A DNA stretch of 64,000 bases from Octopus sinensis (lineage: Eukaryota): the NCBI RefSeq assembly GCF_006345805.1, contig NC_042998.1, forward strand, positions 87,916,001 through 87,980,000. The letters run 5' to 3'. The translations under genes and the position numbers were made by a program. A model generated the notes under the pieces. It was not told where the DNA came from. It ran no database searches and saw only the letters and a program-made list of their open reading frames with translations. Position 1 is the stretch's first letter; the number at the start of each line of letters is the position of its first letter. Positions 38,855-51,139 of this stretch are shown here, piece by piece.

Positions 38855-39621
38855 CGTTACTATGCTGGTATTTGTGTCAGTAATAATCGTAATTGTCCTA
38901 CTAAATTCTAAGGCTTTCTGGAGAATAGAATTTTAAATTAATGGGAAAATTCCATTTTATTGAAGTGGATAAATCACCATAAAGACCGCTTTATTTTCTA
39001 TGCCATTGAACCACTTAATTGCTGTGCTGATGTTGTTCCACTGCGGTTATTTCGTAGCACTTCTAATCTTGAAATTTATTGAGCCGAGAATGTGTTTGCT
39101 AATTATGCTCAGTTCAGTTTTCGCATGGATTATTTGTGGATATTTTGGGTTTGAATAAATCGTTGTCCTTGTGGTCCTTGCGCATGACTAGGTGTTCCAC
39201 TCTACTTTGTATTTTGAAATTAGAGGCTAGTGAGAGTTGGTGCTGTTGTTGATGGTATTATAAGTTTAAATTATATTTAAATTATATGTTCCATATTATA
39301 TAAATGTTTTTGTATTAGCAATTTCAATTTATATTCAAGTAAATACGAAATGTATTAGGCTTATTGATACTGTTATTGTTTAGCTCCAAGTTACCCTTAA
39401 TCATCGAGTTGTTGTTACAGCTGTTTACCTTTCTTCTTTTGTTGATATATAGTGTACATGATTCACTATGTCCTTGTATAGATGAAGCTGTCAGCGAGTG
39501 GTTGGAGGCATATTTCGCAACTATTTCTATTAGATCGGACGACCATATGCTGTCTCCCTTCATTGTAAAAGCAGATAGAATTATCTTGAAATTCACTCTC
39601 TGCTCCAGTTAGCATCAACAT

Positions 39622-39665
<44 letters not shown>

Positions 39666-39759
39666 CTCCCTCGTGGAGGTAGAAATCCTGCTTTCACGAC
39701 TACTAAAGCGTTTCTAAGAACAGAAACGAACGTAAACAATAGTTTCTAAAACTAGGAAA

Positions 39760-41060
39760 TGTCCATTGTCCATATATGCTTAAACGTATTTGTACATGAT
39801 GCATTAAACATAATGACATCTTTAAAATCTGGAACTACAATTGGCAAATTCTATCAAAAGCTGGGAAAAGGATATAAGCACAATAAACTTCTCCAAGAAC
39901 ATCGTATATGGGGACAAAAGAAACTATTTATGCGGAGGGTAAAAACACTATAACGTACTACTTGACAACGTAATGCAAATCTATAAAAACTGTCACAAGG
40001 GCATATACAACGGTAAAACAAATAGCAACCAATGCTGTATGCACAGTGGGGCCAAAGGCAGAGGAACGAAAAGCGTATACATAACACTCAAATACCACAA
40101 TTATAACTTTAATAGCATTGCGTAAAACGGGCTAAATAACCCTGCGGAAAGAGAACTAGACCTGGCCAATAAAAGATACTGGACTCAATCCACATAAAAA
40201 AAAATTCTCACAGAATCTGAAACAGACTGAGGGTGAAAATATATCCTATTTAGTATCAAAGATTTTTATCGCTCTATCATCTGTCCCATAAAACCTTATA
40301 GTTCGCATCTATCCACAAATTTGTAATATCAGATGTGCTCGACACAATAGTATCTTACTTGACATCAAGAAATTCTGGGTCAAAACATTTATAGACGTAT
40401 CAATTTTCAAAGGGAATTATGACAGCACAGTTGTATGTGACGCTGTGGGCCTATTCTCATTAGAGAACTAGAATAAATATGGACAATACTAATATGGGAC
40501 TGTATAGGGAGATGACCTAATGGTTTCTGAAAGCTGGAGTTAATGCACAGCTTAGTCACTTGGGAAAAATCGTTGCCACCTTAAACATTTTTTAACCATA
40601 AAAAACAGTAGACCAGCTTAGTGACCTTCAACTTTCTGGACACAACGATAACTCTACGAATCATAAATAACCTTAAAATCAATATGTCTACATGCGTTAA
40701 GATTGCAACCACCCACCAAACGCTATTAAATAAACACCCATGGTAATGAGTAGACGTACAGGAAGTCTTTTTTCTCTCTGATGAAGTACATTTTTACATA
40801 CTCAAAAACAAATACAACTAGGCACTCATGCATAGTCTCATTAAAAATACAATAGAAAAATTCCCGCTTTACAGGTAAAAACAAAACAGCCCCAACGAAA
40901 GAAGCATAATCTGGTTCAATCGATCGTTGAACAAGAACCTGTAACTAGTGTAGCAAGACAATACTTTTCCTTATTCAATAAATGCCTCCACAAAGACAAC
41001 AAAAGTCCTATATTATTCAGTAGAGACAATATAAAAGTCTTTCTCTATGCTACTTTTACG
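39760..41060 (+). mobile_element. Highly decayed Penelope-like element reverse transcriptase
   Basis: Collinear motif remnants: FSIKDFYRSI (40249-40278), KGNYDSTVVCDAVGLF, NMGLYR-DD (~40491-40517, frameshifted), FNFLDTTITL (40627), DCNHPPNAIK (40701), IIWFN (~40906), LFSRDNIKV (~41013). These correspond to PLE RT/thumb motifs FD..DFYPSI, GSYDGAEVCELVGL, GLYRDDG, VNFLD, SNHPP, IIWFNPP and FNRNTLKVSY. Confidence 0.8.
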
Positions 41061-41074
41061 AAAAACGTCCGTTC

Positions 41075-41613
41075 TCAGTCGTCTGGATTACTTATCCCAC
41101 CAAGTGTGATCACCGAAGAGCGTCAAATAGGTTGCGGAACTTGAGGCAATCCAGCACCACTATACAAAGAAGATTGACCCAGTGAAACAGATGAAGAATC
41201 GAGAGGGACTAAAGCAACTTAAGATCTACTCCCGAGAGAAAAGATAATATACTTATGGAAGATCCTGGAAGGTCTAGCTCACGACTTATAAATTGAAAGC
41301 TATGCTAAACACTGAATTGAATGGCACTGCGTAGTATCAAAGCTCCAGTCTTCTCTATCTAGAATAAGGCCCCAGTATTGTGGTGGTTTTGGTTTCAAGA
41401 GTCCATGATTATTCAGCTTTCTACCAAACAGCTTCAGAAATTTCCGAGCTGTAGAAGAGGGGTATTCAAAGAGCGTCTGGACAAATTTTTATCTCAGCTA
41501 CCAGACGAAGCCACATCGCCGGTGCAGGCACAAAGAAAAGCAACTCTATCCAACTCGCTATTTCACCAGTAACAGTAAAGAAGTCCAATTACAATGAAAG
41601 GCGGTGCTCCAGC
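41075..41613 (+). mobile_element. Degenerate CR1/L2-type LINE 3' end
   Basis: SRLDY...SPKSVK...ELEAIQHHYTKKI...LKQLKIYS...FKERLDKFLSQLPDE, ending in aaaggcggtgctccagc (41597-41613). Confidence 0.85.
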
Positions 41614-42118
41614 TTAGTTTCAATCTCTATATGAAACAAATAAAAGATAAAAGTATTACTAAGACATGTCTTAGTAAAACATATCTTAGTAACACTGACT
41701 TTTCTTCGACTGATGATTCTCAATATCTGACCTTGAACTCTTTTCTGTCACACTAAACGCCCTACAAATTTTACAAATCGTGAGTGGATTTATGTGTCTA
41801 GAGATCTATAATGTACTCCCAATGTATAAAAATATCTCCACAACTTTAATCTGATACCATTCACGATATTTAGTTCAGTGTAGGTCTCATCTAAGTGCTG
41901 AAAAGTCCTTTGCTTTAAGGCTATCTTGAACGGCCTGGCTAGAGGACCCCTGGTTGGAGGTCCAGCCTTCCGAATTGTTTTACAGGGCTTAGAAAAATGA
42001 AGAAAGGCTGCAAAAGTGAGGGAATCTGGGATAAAAATATGTTGGATAAAATCATAACGGATCCTCTTGTATTTTCTTTTACCCAAAGCCAGGACTTTTC
42101 AGCATCTCCTTGTGTGTG

Positions 42119-42149
<31 letters not shown>

Positions 42150-42156
42150 ATGTATA

Positions 42157-42226
<70 letters not shown>

Positions 42227-42324
42227 GCGTGTGCGCGTCCATTTATATCTATCTACTTATCTGTCCAATTTTCTATATACATATGATATACATACATGTA
42301 TACATGTATATGTATGTATGTATG

Positions 42325-42356
<32 letters not shown>

Positions 42357-43011
42357 TGTATGTATGTATGCATGCATGTATGTATGTATGCATGCATGTA
42401 TGTACACACACACACACACACACAACCATTCTCACACATAGATATGAGTGAATGTAAATGTTTGTCAACGAAACAATGAAATTCTATGGAGTGACATCTT
42501 CGTTGACATTTTCCTTCGATATCTCTCGTAATCAGTATTTACATTATGGTAGGCGTAATGAATTCCCTGGGCAGCCAATATAGTTTTGCTTTGCATTATC
42601 TGACTGCGAATTTTGTGTCAAATATCCTTTTCTAACGTCAGCTAATATATCATTTCCGAACCATTTCTTTAAATTTCTTTATTAATATTTTTGCAAATTG
42701 TCGATAGAAATATTTGGTGTAAGAGAGTTGTCAGATAAAGTACAACACAGTTACTTATTATTTCTTTTCATGTTCTATTTTCGAATTCTATTTAGTTTGA
42801 ATTTATCTTTCATATTCTCTCTTGGGGGGATAAAATGACAACCTTTAGTTTACTGCTTTCTTTATGAACATTACGGAGATGTACTTGCATAGCAAGTGAT
42901 CTGATCTCAGATCGTGTGCTGGAGCGAAAACAATTGCAGCGTGGAAGGTATTTATAAGCCATTTAAGAAACACACAAAATCCGTTAGATTCACTTCAACA
43001 TTTAAATTTAA

Positions 43012-43062
43012 TTTGTCAAAGTATTTTCGTTGCTTTGAGACCGCAACCTGTTCACTGACAAA
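43012..43062 (-). ncRNA. Hammerhead-like motif (G3-C8 swapped variant)
   Basis: tttgtca-GTGAACA-G-gttgc(ggtctcaaa)gcaac-GAAA-atac-T-T-tgacaaa. 7-bp stem I and 5-bp stem II, but stem III is reduced to the A15.1-U16.1 pair. Confidence 0.45.
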
Positions 43063-43153
43063 ATTCCGTGGTGTAAACAAAAAAACAGACAACAAACAGG
43101 TGGTGTAGACAGCAAACATATGTATTAGTATAACGCTCGGAAAGTGAAAAAGT

Positions 43154-43189
43154 ATTTAACGTTTCGAGCCTACGCTCGTCCACAGAAAG
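43154..43189 (-). ncRNA. Degenerate hammerhead-like motif, same family as 15066-15101
   Basis: cttt-CTGTGGA-C-gagc(gtag)gctc-GAAA-cg-T-T-aaat. Confidence 0.3.
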
Positions 43190-43744
43190 CAACACAGAAA
43201 GAAACAAGGAGAGAAAATAAAGAATGTATAGTGGCTAGAATTTTGCAGCGAGGTATTAGGTGATCTAGCCGTAACACCGTTGAATGTTCTTGAACATCCT
43301 GCATTGCACCATTACAGGAAGCCTAGAATTTGGGATGTGTTTTGTTTGTAAATATTAGTTTATCTTATATAACACATACAAGCAGCACCTTGCTGATTCC
43401 GATCATTCTACTAAATTAGCTAAAAACTCTTCGTCAAAGACATGGATTTCTTCTGATATTCATCACTTGAAATCCATTGAAAATATATGGCAGATCACAA
43501 GGTTAATACGAATTCAAGAGCTTTTGAAAGTAAAGCTGAATTATTTGCATTAGAGAGAATGATAGAAATTTGTGTCCATGTTAATGAAAAACATTAATAA
43601 AAATACAACGTAATCATAGCAACACAAACGGTGATCACATAAACAACAGCAATAAATATAATGATGATGATGATGATGATGATATATATATATTTATATA
43701 TATATATATATGTGTATATATATAATTTCTTTTATTCTTTTATT

Positions 43745-43950
43745 ATTTTACTTGTTTTTCTTTTATTCTTTTACTTGTTTCAGTCATTTGACTGTGGCTA
43801 TGCTGGAACACCGCCTTTGGTCGAACAAATCGACCCCAGGACTTATTTTTGTAAGACTAGTACTTATTCTATCGGTCTTTTTGCCGAACCGCTAAGTGAC
43901 GGTGTCATAAGCACACCAACATCGGTTGTCAAACGATGGTGGAGGGAAAA
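43745..43950 (-). mobile_element. OR/CORE-type SINE 3' half (duplicated at ~45445-45650)
   Basis: gtttcagtcatttgactgtggctatgctggaacaccgcctttggtcgaacaaatcgaccccagg. Confidence 0.85.
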
Positions 43951-43973
43951 AAGACAGACACAAATAATAAATA

Positions 43974-44034
<61 letters not shown>

Positions 44035-44055
44035 ACACACACACACGCACATAGA

Positions 44056-44235
44056 CAGGGTGCGTAAGATATTTGAGGACAGATTTATGATTATAAAAAA
44101 CAATTTTATTTATCAAAAATGCTATGAGGATAAAAATAAACCTTCTTTTCTATAATGTTATCAAATAAAGCCACCTTCAGCTTCAACAACTGCTTCTGTA
44201 TGAGATCTAAATCATCTACATGCTCGAATCAAGTG
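44056..44235 (-). mobile_element. 3' end plus TIR of a second Tc1/mariner-superfamily element (maT/DD37D-like); duplicated at 45754-~45932
   Basis: Minus strand reads DHLIRACR*FRSHTEAVVEAEGGFI* and ends in a ...gcaccctg TIR-like end. Confidence 0.6.
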
Positions 44236-44239
44236 GTCC

Positions 44240-45355
44240 TGCTTCATTTTAGACATTACTTGGACTGTGGCAGTTTTGAAGAGTGCAGTCCGATAATGGA
44301 AGTGACAAAGGAGCATATTCGGCATATTTTGAGTCATGAGTTAAATAAAGACAACAAAGCAACAGAAAGTGTGAGGAATATTAATGCAGTATATGGGGAT
44401 CGGACAATAAAAGCCAGTGTCAGAAATTCCGAGACAGAAACTATAGCCTATAAGACGAGCCTCATCCCGGAAGATCTGCAGCGCTCGACGAGGAAGTTGT
44501 GCAAATCCTGCTGGAACAAAATCTCATCGTAACTGTTGAGCAACTAGCAGAGGAGCTTGGATTTGGTCGTTCAACCATTCATCCACACCTGCGTACTCTC
44601 GGAAATGTCAGCAATTGGGTCAATGTGTTCCTCACAAACTTCATATGTCTAATCGCCTGCAGAAATCAATGTGTGCCCTTCTTTGTTGTCCCGTCTCACG
44701 AATGAACCATTCTGGACCGAATAGCGACTGGTGACGAGAAATGGGTTCTCTATAAAAATGTCAAGCACCGAAGACAGTGGGTAGGGAAAGGGAAAAAAAC
44801 CGGTACCCCAGGCTAAAGAAGGTCTTCACCCAAGTAAGGTGTTGTTATCTGCTTGGCAGGATATGAACGGTTTAGTCCACTTTAAACTTTTAAACCAAAA
44901 CCAAACAATAACAAAGCAGATCTAGAGCGAGCAGCGTGAGCGGCTTAAGTTAGCGCTAGAAGGGAAGAAAACATTTTTGGTTTCAAGACGCAAGGTGTTC
45001 TTCCATCAAAATATGCTCGGCCACATACAGTGAGGATGACATTCCAAAGGATGGAGCAGTTTGAATGGGGAACAATGCTCACCCACCATATTTGCCAGAC
45101 ATTGCCCAATCTGATTATCATTTATTCCGTAGTCTTCAGAATTATTTGGACGGGAAAAATAAGAATTCTCCAGACGAGGTCAGAACGGTACAAGAGAAGT
45201 GTCTTTCGTCACAGACAAATAAAAGACCAGGTCTTCCAGATAGATGGAACAGCATTGTAGAAAATGAAGGGGAATATATTTTAGGTTAAAAAAGGACTTT
45301 GTTTATCTTAATTTTGTAAAATAAAAAAGTATAAAAACACGTTATGTGATGACCC
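44240..45355 (+). mobile_element. Degenerate mariner (cecropia/mauritiana-like), left TIR missing; duplicated at ~45938-47053
   Basis: MEVTKEHIRHILSHELNKDNKATES..., ATGDEKWVLYKN, HPPYLPDIAQSDYHLFRSLQN. Right end ...tgtgatgaccc-TA. Confidence 0.9.
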
Positions 45356-45671
45356 TATATATATATACATACATATACATATATATATATATATTATATA
45401 TATATATATGTGTATATATATAATTTCTTTTATTCTTTTATTATTTTACTTGTTTTTCTTTTATTCTTTTACTTGTTTCAGTCATTTGACTGTGGCTATG
45501 CTGGAACACCGCCTTTGGTCGAACAAATCGACCCCAGGACTTATTTTTGTAAGACTAGTACTTATTCTATCGGTCTTTTTGCCGAACCGCTAAGTGACGG
45601 TGTCATAAGCACACCAACATCGGTTGTCAAACGATGGTGGAGGGAAAAAAGACAGACACAAATAATAAATA

Positions 45672-45715
<44 letters not shown>

Positions 45716-47070
45716 ACACACACACACACCACACACACACACACGCACATAGACAGGGTGCGTAAGATATTTGAGGACAGATTTATGATTATAAAAAACA
45801 ATTTTATTTATCAAAAATGCTATGAGGATAAAAATAAACCTTCTTTTCTATAATGTTATCAAATAAAGCCACTTCAGCTTCAACAACTGCTTCTGTATGA
45901 GATCTAAATCATCTACATGCTCGAATCAAGTGGTCCTGCTTCATTTTAGACATTACTTGGACTGTGGCAGTTTTGAAGAGTGCAGTCCGATAATGGAAGT
46001 GACAAAGGAGCATATTCGGCATATTTTGAGTCATGAGTTAAATAAAGACAACAAAGCAACAGAAAGTGTGAGGAATATTAATGCAGTATATGGGGATCGG
46101 ACAATAAAAGCCAGTGTCAGAAATTCCGAGACAGAAACTATAGCCTATAAGACGAGCCTCATCCCGGAAGATCTGCAGCGCTCGACGAGGAAGTTGTGCA
46201 AATCCTGCTGGAACAAAATCTCATCGTAACTGTTGAGCAACTAGCAGAGGAGCTTGGATTTGGTCGTTCAACCATTCATCCACACCTGCGTACTCTCGGA
46301 AATGTCAGCAAATTGGGTCAATGTGTTCCTCACAAACTTCATATGTCTAATCGCCTGCAGAAATCAATGTGTGCCCTTCTTTGTTGTCCCGTCTCACGAA
46401 TGAACCATTCTGGACCGAATAGCGACTGGTGACGAGAAATGGGTTCTCTATAAAAATGTCAAGCACCGAAGACAGTGGGTAGGGAAAGGGAAAAAAACCG
46501 GTACCCCAGGCTAAAGAAGGTCTTCACCCAAGTAAGGTGTTGTTATCTGCTTGGCAGGATATGAACGGTTTAGTCCACTTTAAACTTTTAAACCAAAACC
46601 AAACAATAACAAAGCAGATCTAGAGCGAGCAGCGTGAGCGGCTTAAGTTAGCGCTAGAAGGGAAGAAAACATTTTTGGTTTCAAGACGCAAGGTGTTCTT
46701 CCATCAAAATATGCTCGGCCACATACAGTGAGGATGACATTCCAAAGGATGGAGCAGTTTGAATGGGGAACAATGCTCACCCACCATATTTGCCAGACAT
46801 TGCCCAATCTGATTATCATTTATTCCGTAGTCTTCAGAATTATTTGGACGGGAAAAATAAGAATTCTCCAGACGAGGTCAGAACGGTACAAGAGAAGTGT
46901 CTTTCGTCACAGACAAATAAAAGACCAGGTCTTCCAGATAGATGGAACAGCATTGTAGAAAATGAAGGGGAATATATTTTAGGTTAAAAAAGGACTTTGT
47001 TTATCTTAATTTTGTAAAATAAAAAAGTATAAAAACACGTTATGTGATGACCCTATATATATATACATAC

Positions 47071-47165
<95 letters not shown>

Positions 47166-48843
47166 TAAAGAATACAAAAAATTGGACAAGAACGCAACAG
47201 GCGATAACTGGACACCCAGACAGTTAGATGATACAAAAAGGGACAAGAAAAGATAAGGATGGGTCATTCAGAGTTTTCTTTCGGCAGTCGAGTTCCATAT
47301 TATCTTTCGGCTGGTTATACTCGAGACTGCTCAAATCTGGCCAGCCCCAAGGAAAAAGCACTAGATTCCTTGGAAGAAAACGGCGAATGTATACGAAAAC
47401 AAGGATGGAACAAACAGGGGAAAATGGTGCACAAATACAAATGCAAACAACAGGACATTAACAACAGGTATCTTTCGACTAAGGACGAATTAAATTAAGC
47501 TGGCGTGTATGGAAGTGAAGCCTTATGGCAGGGACATAATAGATGACAGGTATGAGAAGGAATATAGATGTTGCACGGATGGTAGTCGAACCATGAAAGA
47601 AAGGTCGAGCTTGGCTGAACACCGGTCACATGGAAGGAGAGGAGGGAGGTAGATAGTAAAAAGCCAAATGACACTTGTTTGCAACTCTTCAAGCTAAGAG
47701 GATATAACATGTCCTCTAGATGGTGATTTTGATAAATCGAGAATTTATGTTGTATGGTATTTGATATACTTGTTTTTGTTTATAATGCTGAAATACATAC
47801 GTAATAGATTTATTTCATTTAGCTCATTTTTCTTTAAATTATGCAAATTACATGGTCAGAAATGTGTTCTAATCCTTTTTCTATACGTTAATGTTTCTGA
47901 TCGTTAAAGATAAGATTGGGAAGTTGTGTTGAGGATGCCTATCGAGTCAGAATCACGTGCCCATCACTATCCCCTTATTTCCAGACAATAAGCCTGTCCT
48001 TTTCCTTATTGGAACGTCAACAATGAAGAGGTTTTAATTCTTGAAATTATCTTCTAATCTCATATGTAGCAATCTTAAAATCTATTTAGAGGCGGAAATG
48101 GTTTAGATGTATCAAGAATTTATGTTGCATGGTTATGGTAGTTAATCAGTGGCGGTTCGTTTATAAGAATTGCGGAACTGCAGACCCCCTTTTTCCACTC
48201 GATATTATTTGTAATATTCAATGTAGTGAGTCCTTTTTCTTTAATTCTTTCTTTATACTTGTACATTATATAATCCTTAAGCATAATGTCAGTAACCATC
48301 CCCTAGTTTATGAATAAATACAAAAATCCTCTATAGATCTGTACGCTTCACAGTTCCAGCGACGCGTGATTTGGCTGTTGTGAGCATGTTCACATGTCCG
48401 ATATAGGAAGCTTCATACAAAGGAGAGAAAGCACTACGTGAACGACTGGGCTGGGTGAAAGGTAGTGTTTCTTTTCGACTCCACGTGTGTCGTGCTTAAA
48501 AGCGTGTTTATATTCTTGAATGTGATAAAGTGTAGAATTAGATTATTATCCTGCTTCCAGCTTCAGTGTCACTGCCAGGATTTGAAAGCCAGGGCAGATT
48601 TCCCCCCACCCTAATTTTGTGATTTTGGGGGATTTTGAATTTTGTGATTTTGGGGAATTCGCGGCGTGCTCAGGGAACAAATTAAGCAGACTTACCCGGC
48701 AGTGACTAAAACGCGAAACGATCAAGTTTATGTATAAATTTTCATTTTATATGTTTGTTTCCCTTTACACAATATTAAAAAAAAAGCGGTTAAAAATTTT
48801 CTGAAGCAGCACCCCCACTAATTTTATCTACGAGCCGCCACCC

Positions 48844-48990
<147 letters not shown>

Positions 48991-49175
48991 CGTTTGTGTG
49001 TTTGTGTGTGTGTATAAGTATATGTATGCATGTATGTATGTCGTCTCTGTCTCATATTTTCATTATTATTTATTGTAACACTACGTACACCTATTTTTCG
49101 CGAACTACCAATGTGCTGAAGTCTATCGATCTTTTTTCTCCGTTTGTATCTCTCTCTCTCTATCTATCTGTCTCC

Positions 49176-49224
<49 letters not shown>

Positions 49225-49787
49225 GTTTGTCTCTGTATTTTGGTTACCCTCCCTAACTTTCTTCCGCCCTCAACTGCTCTCTCTCTTAGTTCGTGTGTTA
49301 CTGATTATTTCTCTACTCTCCTACAAGACACAACAAACCTATTCTCGTTCTGTTTTTTTTTGTTGCTTATTTCGTTTTAAACTGGCCGTCAACTGCCCTG
49401 ATGTTTCTTTTCCAGCTCTATGCAAAAAGCACGCTATCCTTTCTACTAGCGTTCGCACGTCTTATCTTAATTTTACTGCTAAGTCAATGAAAATTTCATG
49501 TATCGCTATATACGTTTGCTTCGATTCTCCACAACTTCTCTTATCCTTCAGTCTACAGTCATTTTATCTTTTGCTGTCATCTCAACGTTTTCTATAACTG
49601 TTCATTTAGGGTGTCCACTCGTCTATATCCAGTAGTATATATAGTTAATACCGCCTTGAGGAGTTATATTAACATAAACTGTCGAAATTGGAATGATATT
49701 CGGTTGACCACAAATGAGGAGTAAATGAATATATATGAATCGATTTGCCTGTCTATTTGTCTGTCTAGTCTCTCTCTTTTTATATAT

Positions 49788-49820
<33 letters not shown>

Positions 49821-50176
49821 CATATCTCAAATCAGACACATTAAATATAACAATTTGGATGTGAAATACAAAATATGTATATGTGTATACGTGCAAAATG
49901 AGAGAAAGCAAAGAGAGTAGACTTACAAATGATGAATATTTAAGTATAAATATATAGATATCTATATTGATAGACTCAACTTACACAAAGTACAAATGAC
50001 AGAGTAAATTAAAAGGGAGAAAGTTAGAGTGTTATAAGTACAACAGTTATTTCTGGGGACTCGGAAATTCATCATAATTCTGGTAGATGTAGTTTATCAC
50101 ATTATGCGGCTGTACTGGTAGAAATCAACACTGAATAAATTGAGCTTCCGTCATCAGGGTAGGAAAGATTTTACAT

Positions 50177-50230
<54 letters not shown>

Positions 50231-50232
<2 letters not shown>

Positions 50233-51105
50233 TAATCTGATCAAAAATATCCGGTCTGTTGCCATAGTAACGAAGCTAAAACACGCGAAGTGAAGTCGCT
50301 TGGGACAGATTGACCTTAAACTCTGCCGTGCATGCGCACTAAGTTTTAACGTTCTAGGTCACTTCTGCTGTTTACAGTAGTGCTTGGAAGGAAGGGGTGT
50401 AGCGTGTGATCGTCGCATCGATCATGATAAAGTTGAGCAGAGATTTTGCATAAAATTTTGTCAAAAGATTGGCGATACCTGCCCAGAGGTCTACGCAAAG
50501 TTATCAAGAAGTTTTCATCGTTCTCAGCACAATCAAAGAGATATTGTGCAACTGAAACCCAGGTTCCTTTCTGGTCATCTGAAAGCAGTTTTGGCACAAA
50601 CTTAGCAGACACTCGTCTCATATCCAAATCTTCAGTGATAATGGACTGAACTGAACCGAAACTATTCTGCACATCTGATAACTCACTGATGGTGATTCGA
50701 CGATTTCCGCTCGGAGCTGCACACACATCTGCGATGTTTTTCTTAGTTCTGCTGGTTGCGAGTCTTCCAGAACGTTCGTCAATATCGATATTCTTTCAAT
50801 CTTGGAAACATCTGAACCACTCGTACATTTGTGTGCGGCTATAGACTCGTCTCCATACACTTTCTGCAACATTGCGTAGGCCTCTGAACAGGTATCGCCA
50901 TGACAACTTTCTCTGTTATGGTCAATGCGACGATCACACGGTACACACATTCCTTCCAAGCTCTGTTATAAACAGAAGAAGTGAGCTAGATCGTTGAAAC
51001 TTAGTATGCATACACAGCAGGGCTCAAGGTCAATCTTTGCCAAGCGGCTTTACTTGTGCGCCTTAGCTTTGTTACAAATGTCCGGATACTCATTAATCAG
51101 ACCTC

Positions 51106-51106
<1 letters not shown>
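50231..51106. mobile_element. Fold-back mariner derivative made of two opposed 5' ends
   Basis: Plus arm 50231-~50510 (TIR, 5'UTR, DKVEQRFCIKFCQKIGDT). Minus arm 51106-~50510 (TIR, 5'UTR, transposase to SAKFVPKLL...CAENDENFL). TA at both outer ends. Confidence 0.85.

Positions 51107-51139
<33 letters not shown>

Larger units (their letters stand above)
43700..47095. repeat. Near-identical direct tandem duplication, period 1698 bp
   Basis: ORF pairs offset by 1698 (43710/45408, 45030/46728, 45065/46763). Visible differences are in microsatellite lengths and single-base indels. Breakpoints lie in (TA)n. Confidence 0.95.

Noticed and set aside
47160-48330. Additional Penelope-like ORF and pLTR on the minus strand
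   Set aside because: Only vague similarity (DRLIVWK*GDSDGHVILTR) and no foldable HHR core. It is probably a decayed repeat, but I cannot support a class.
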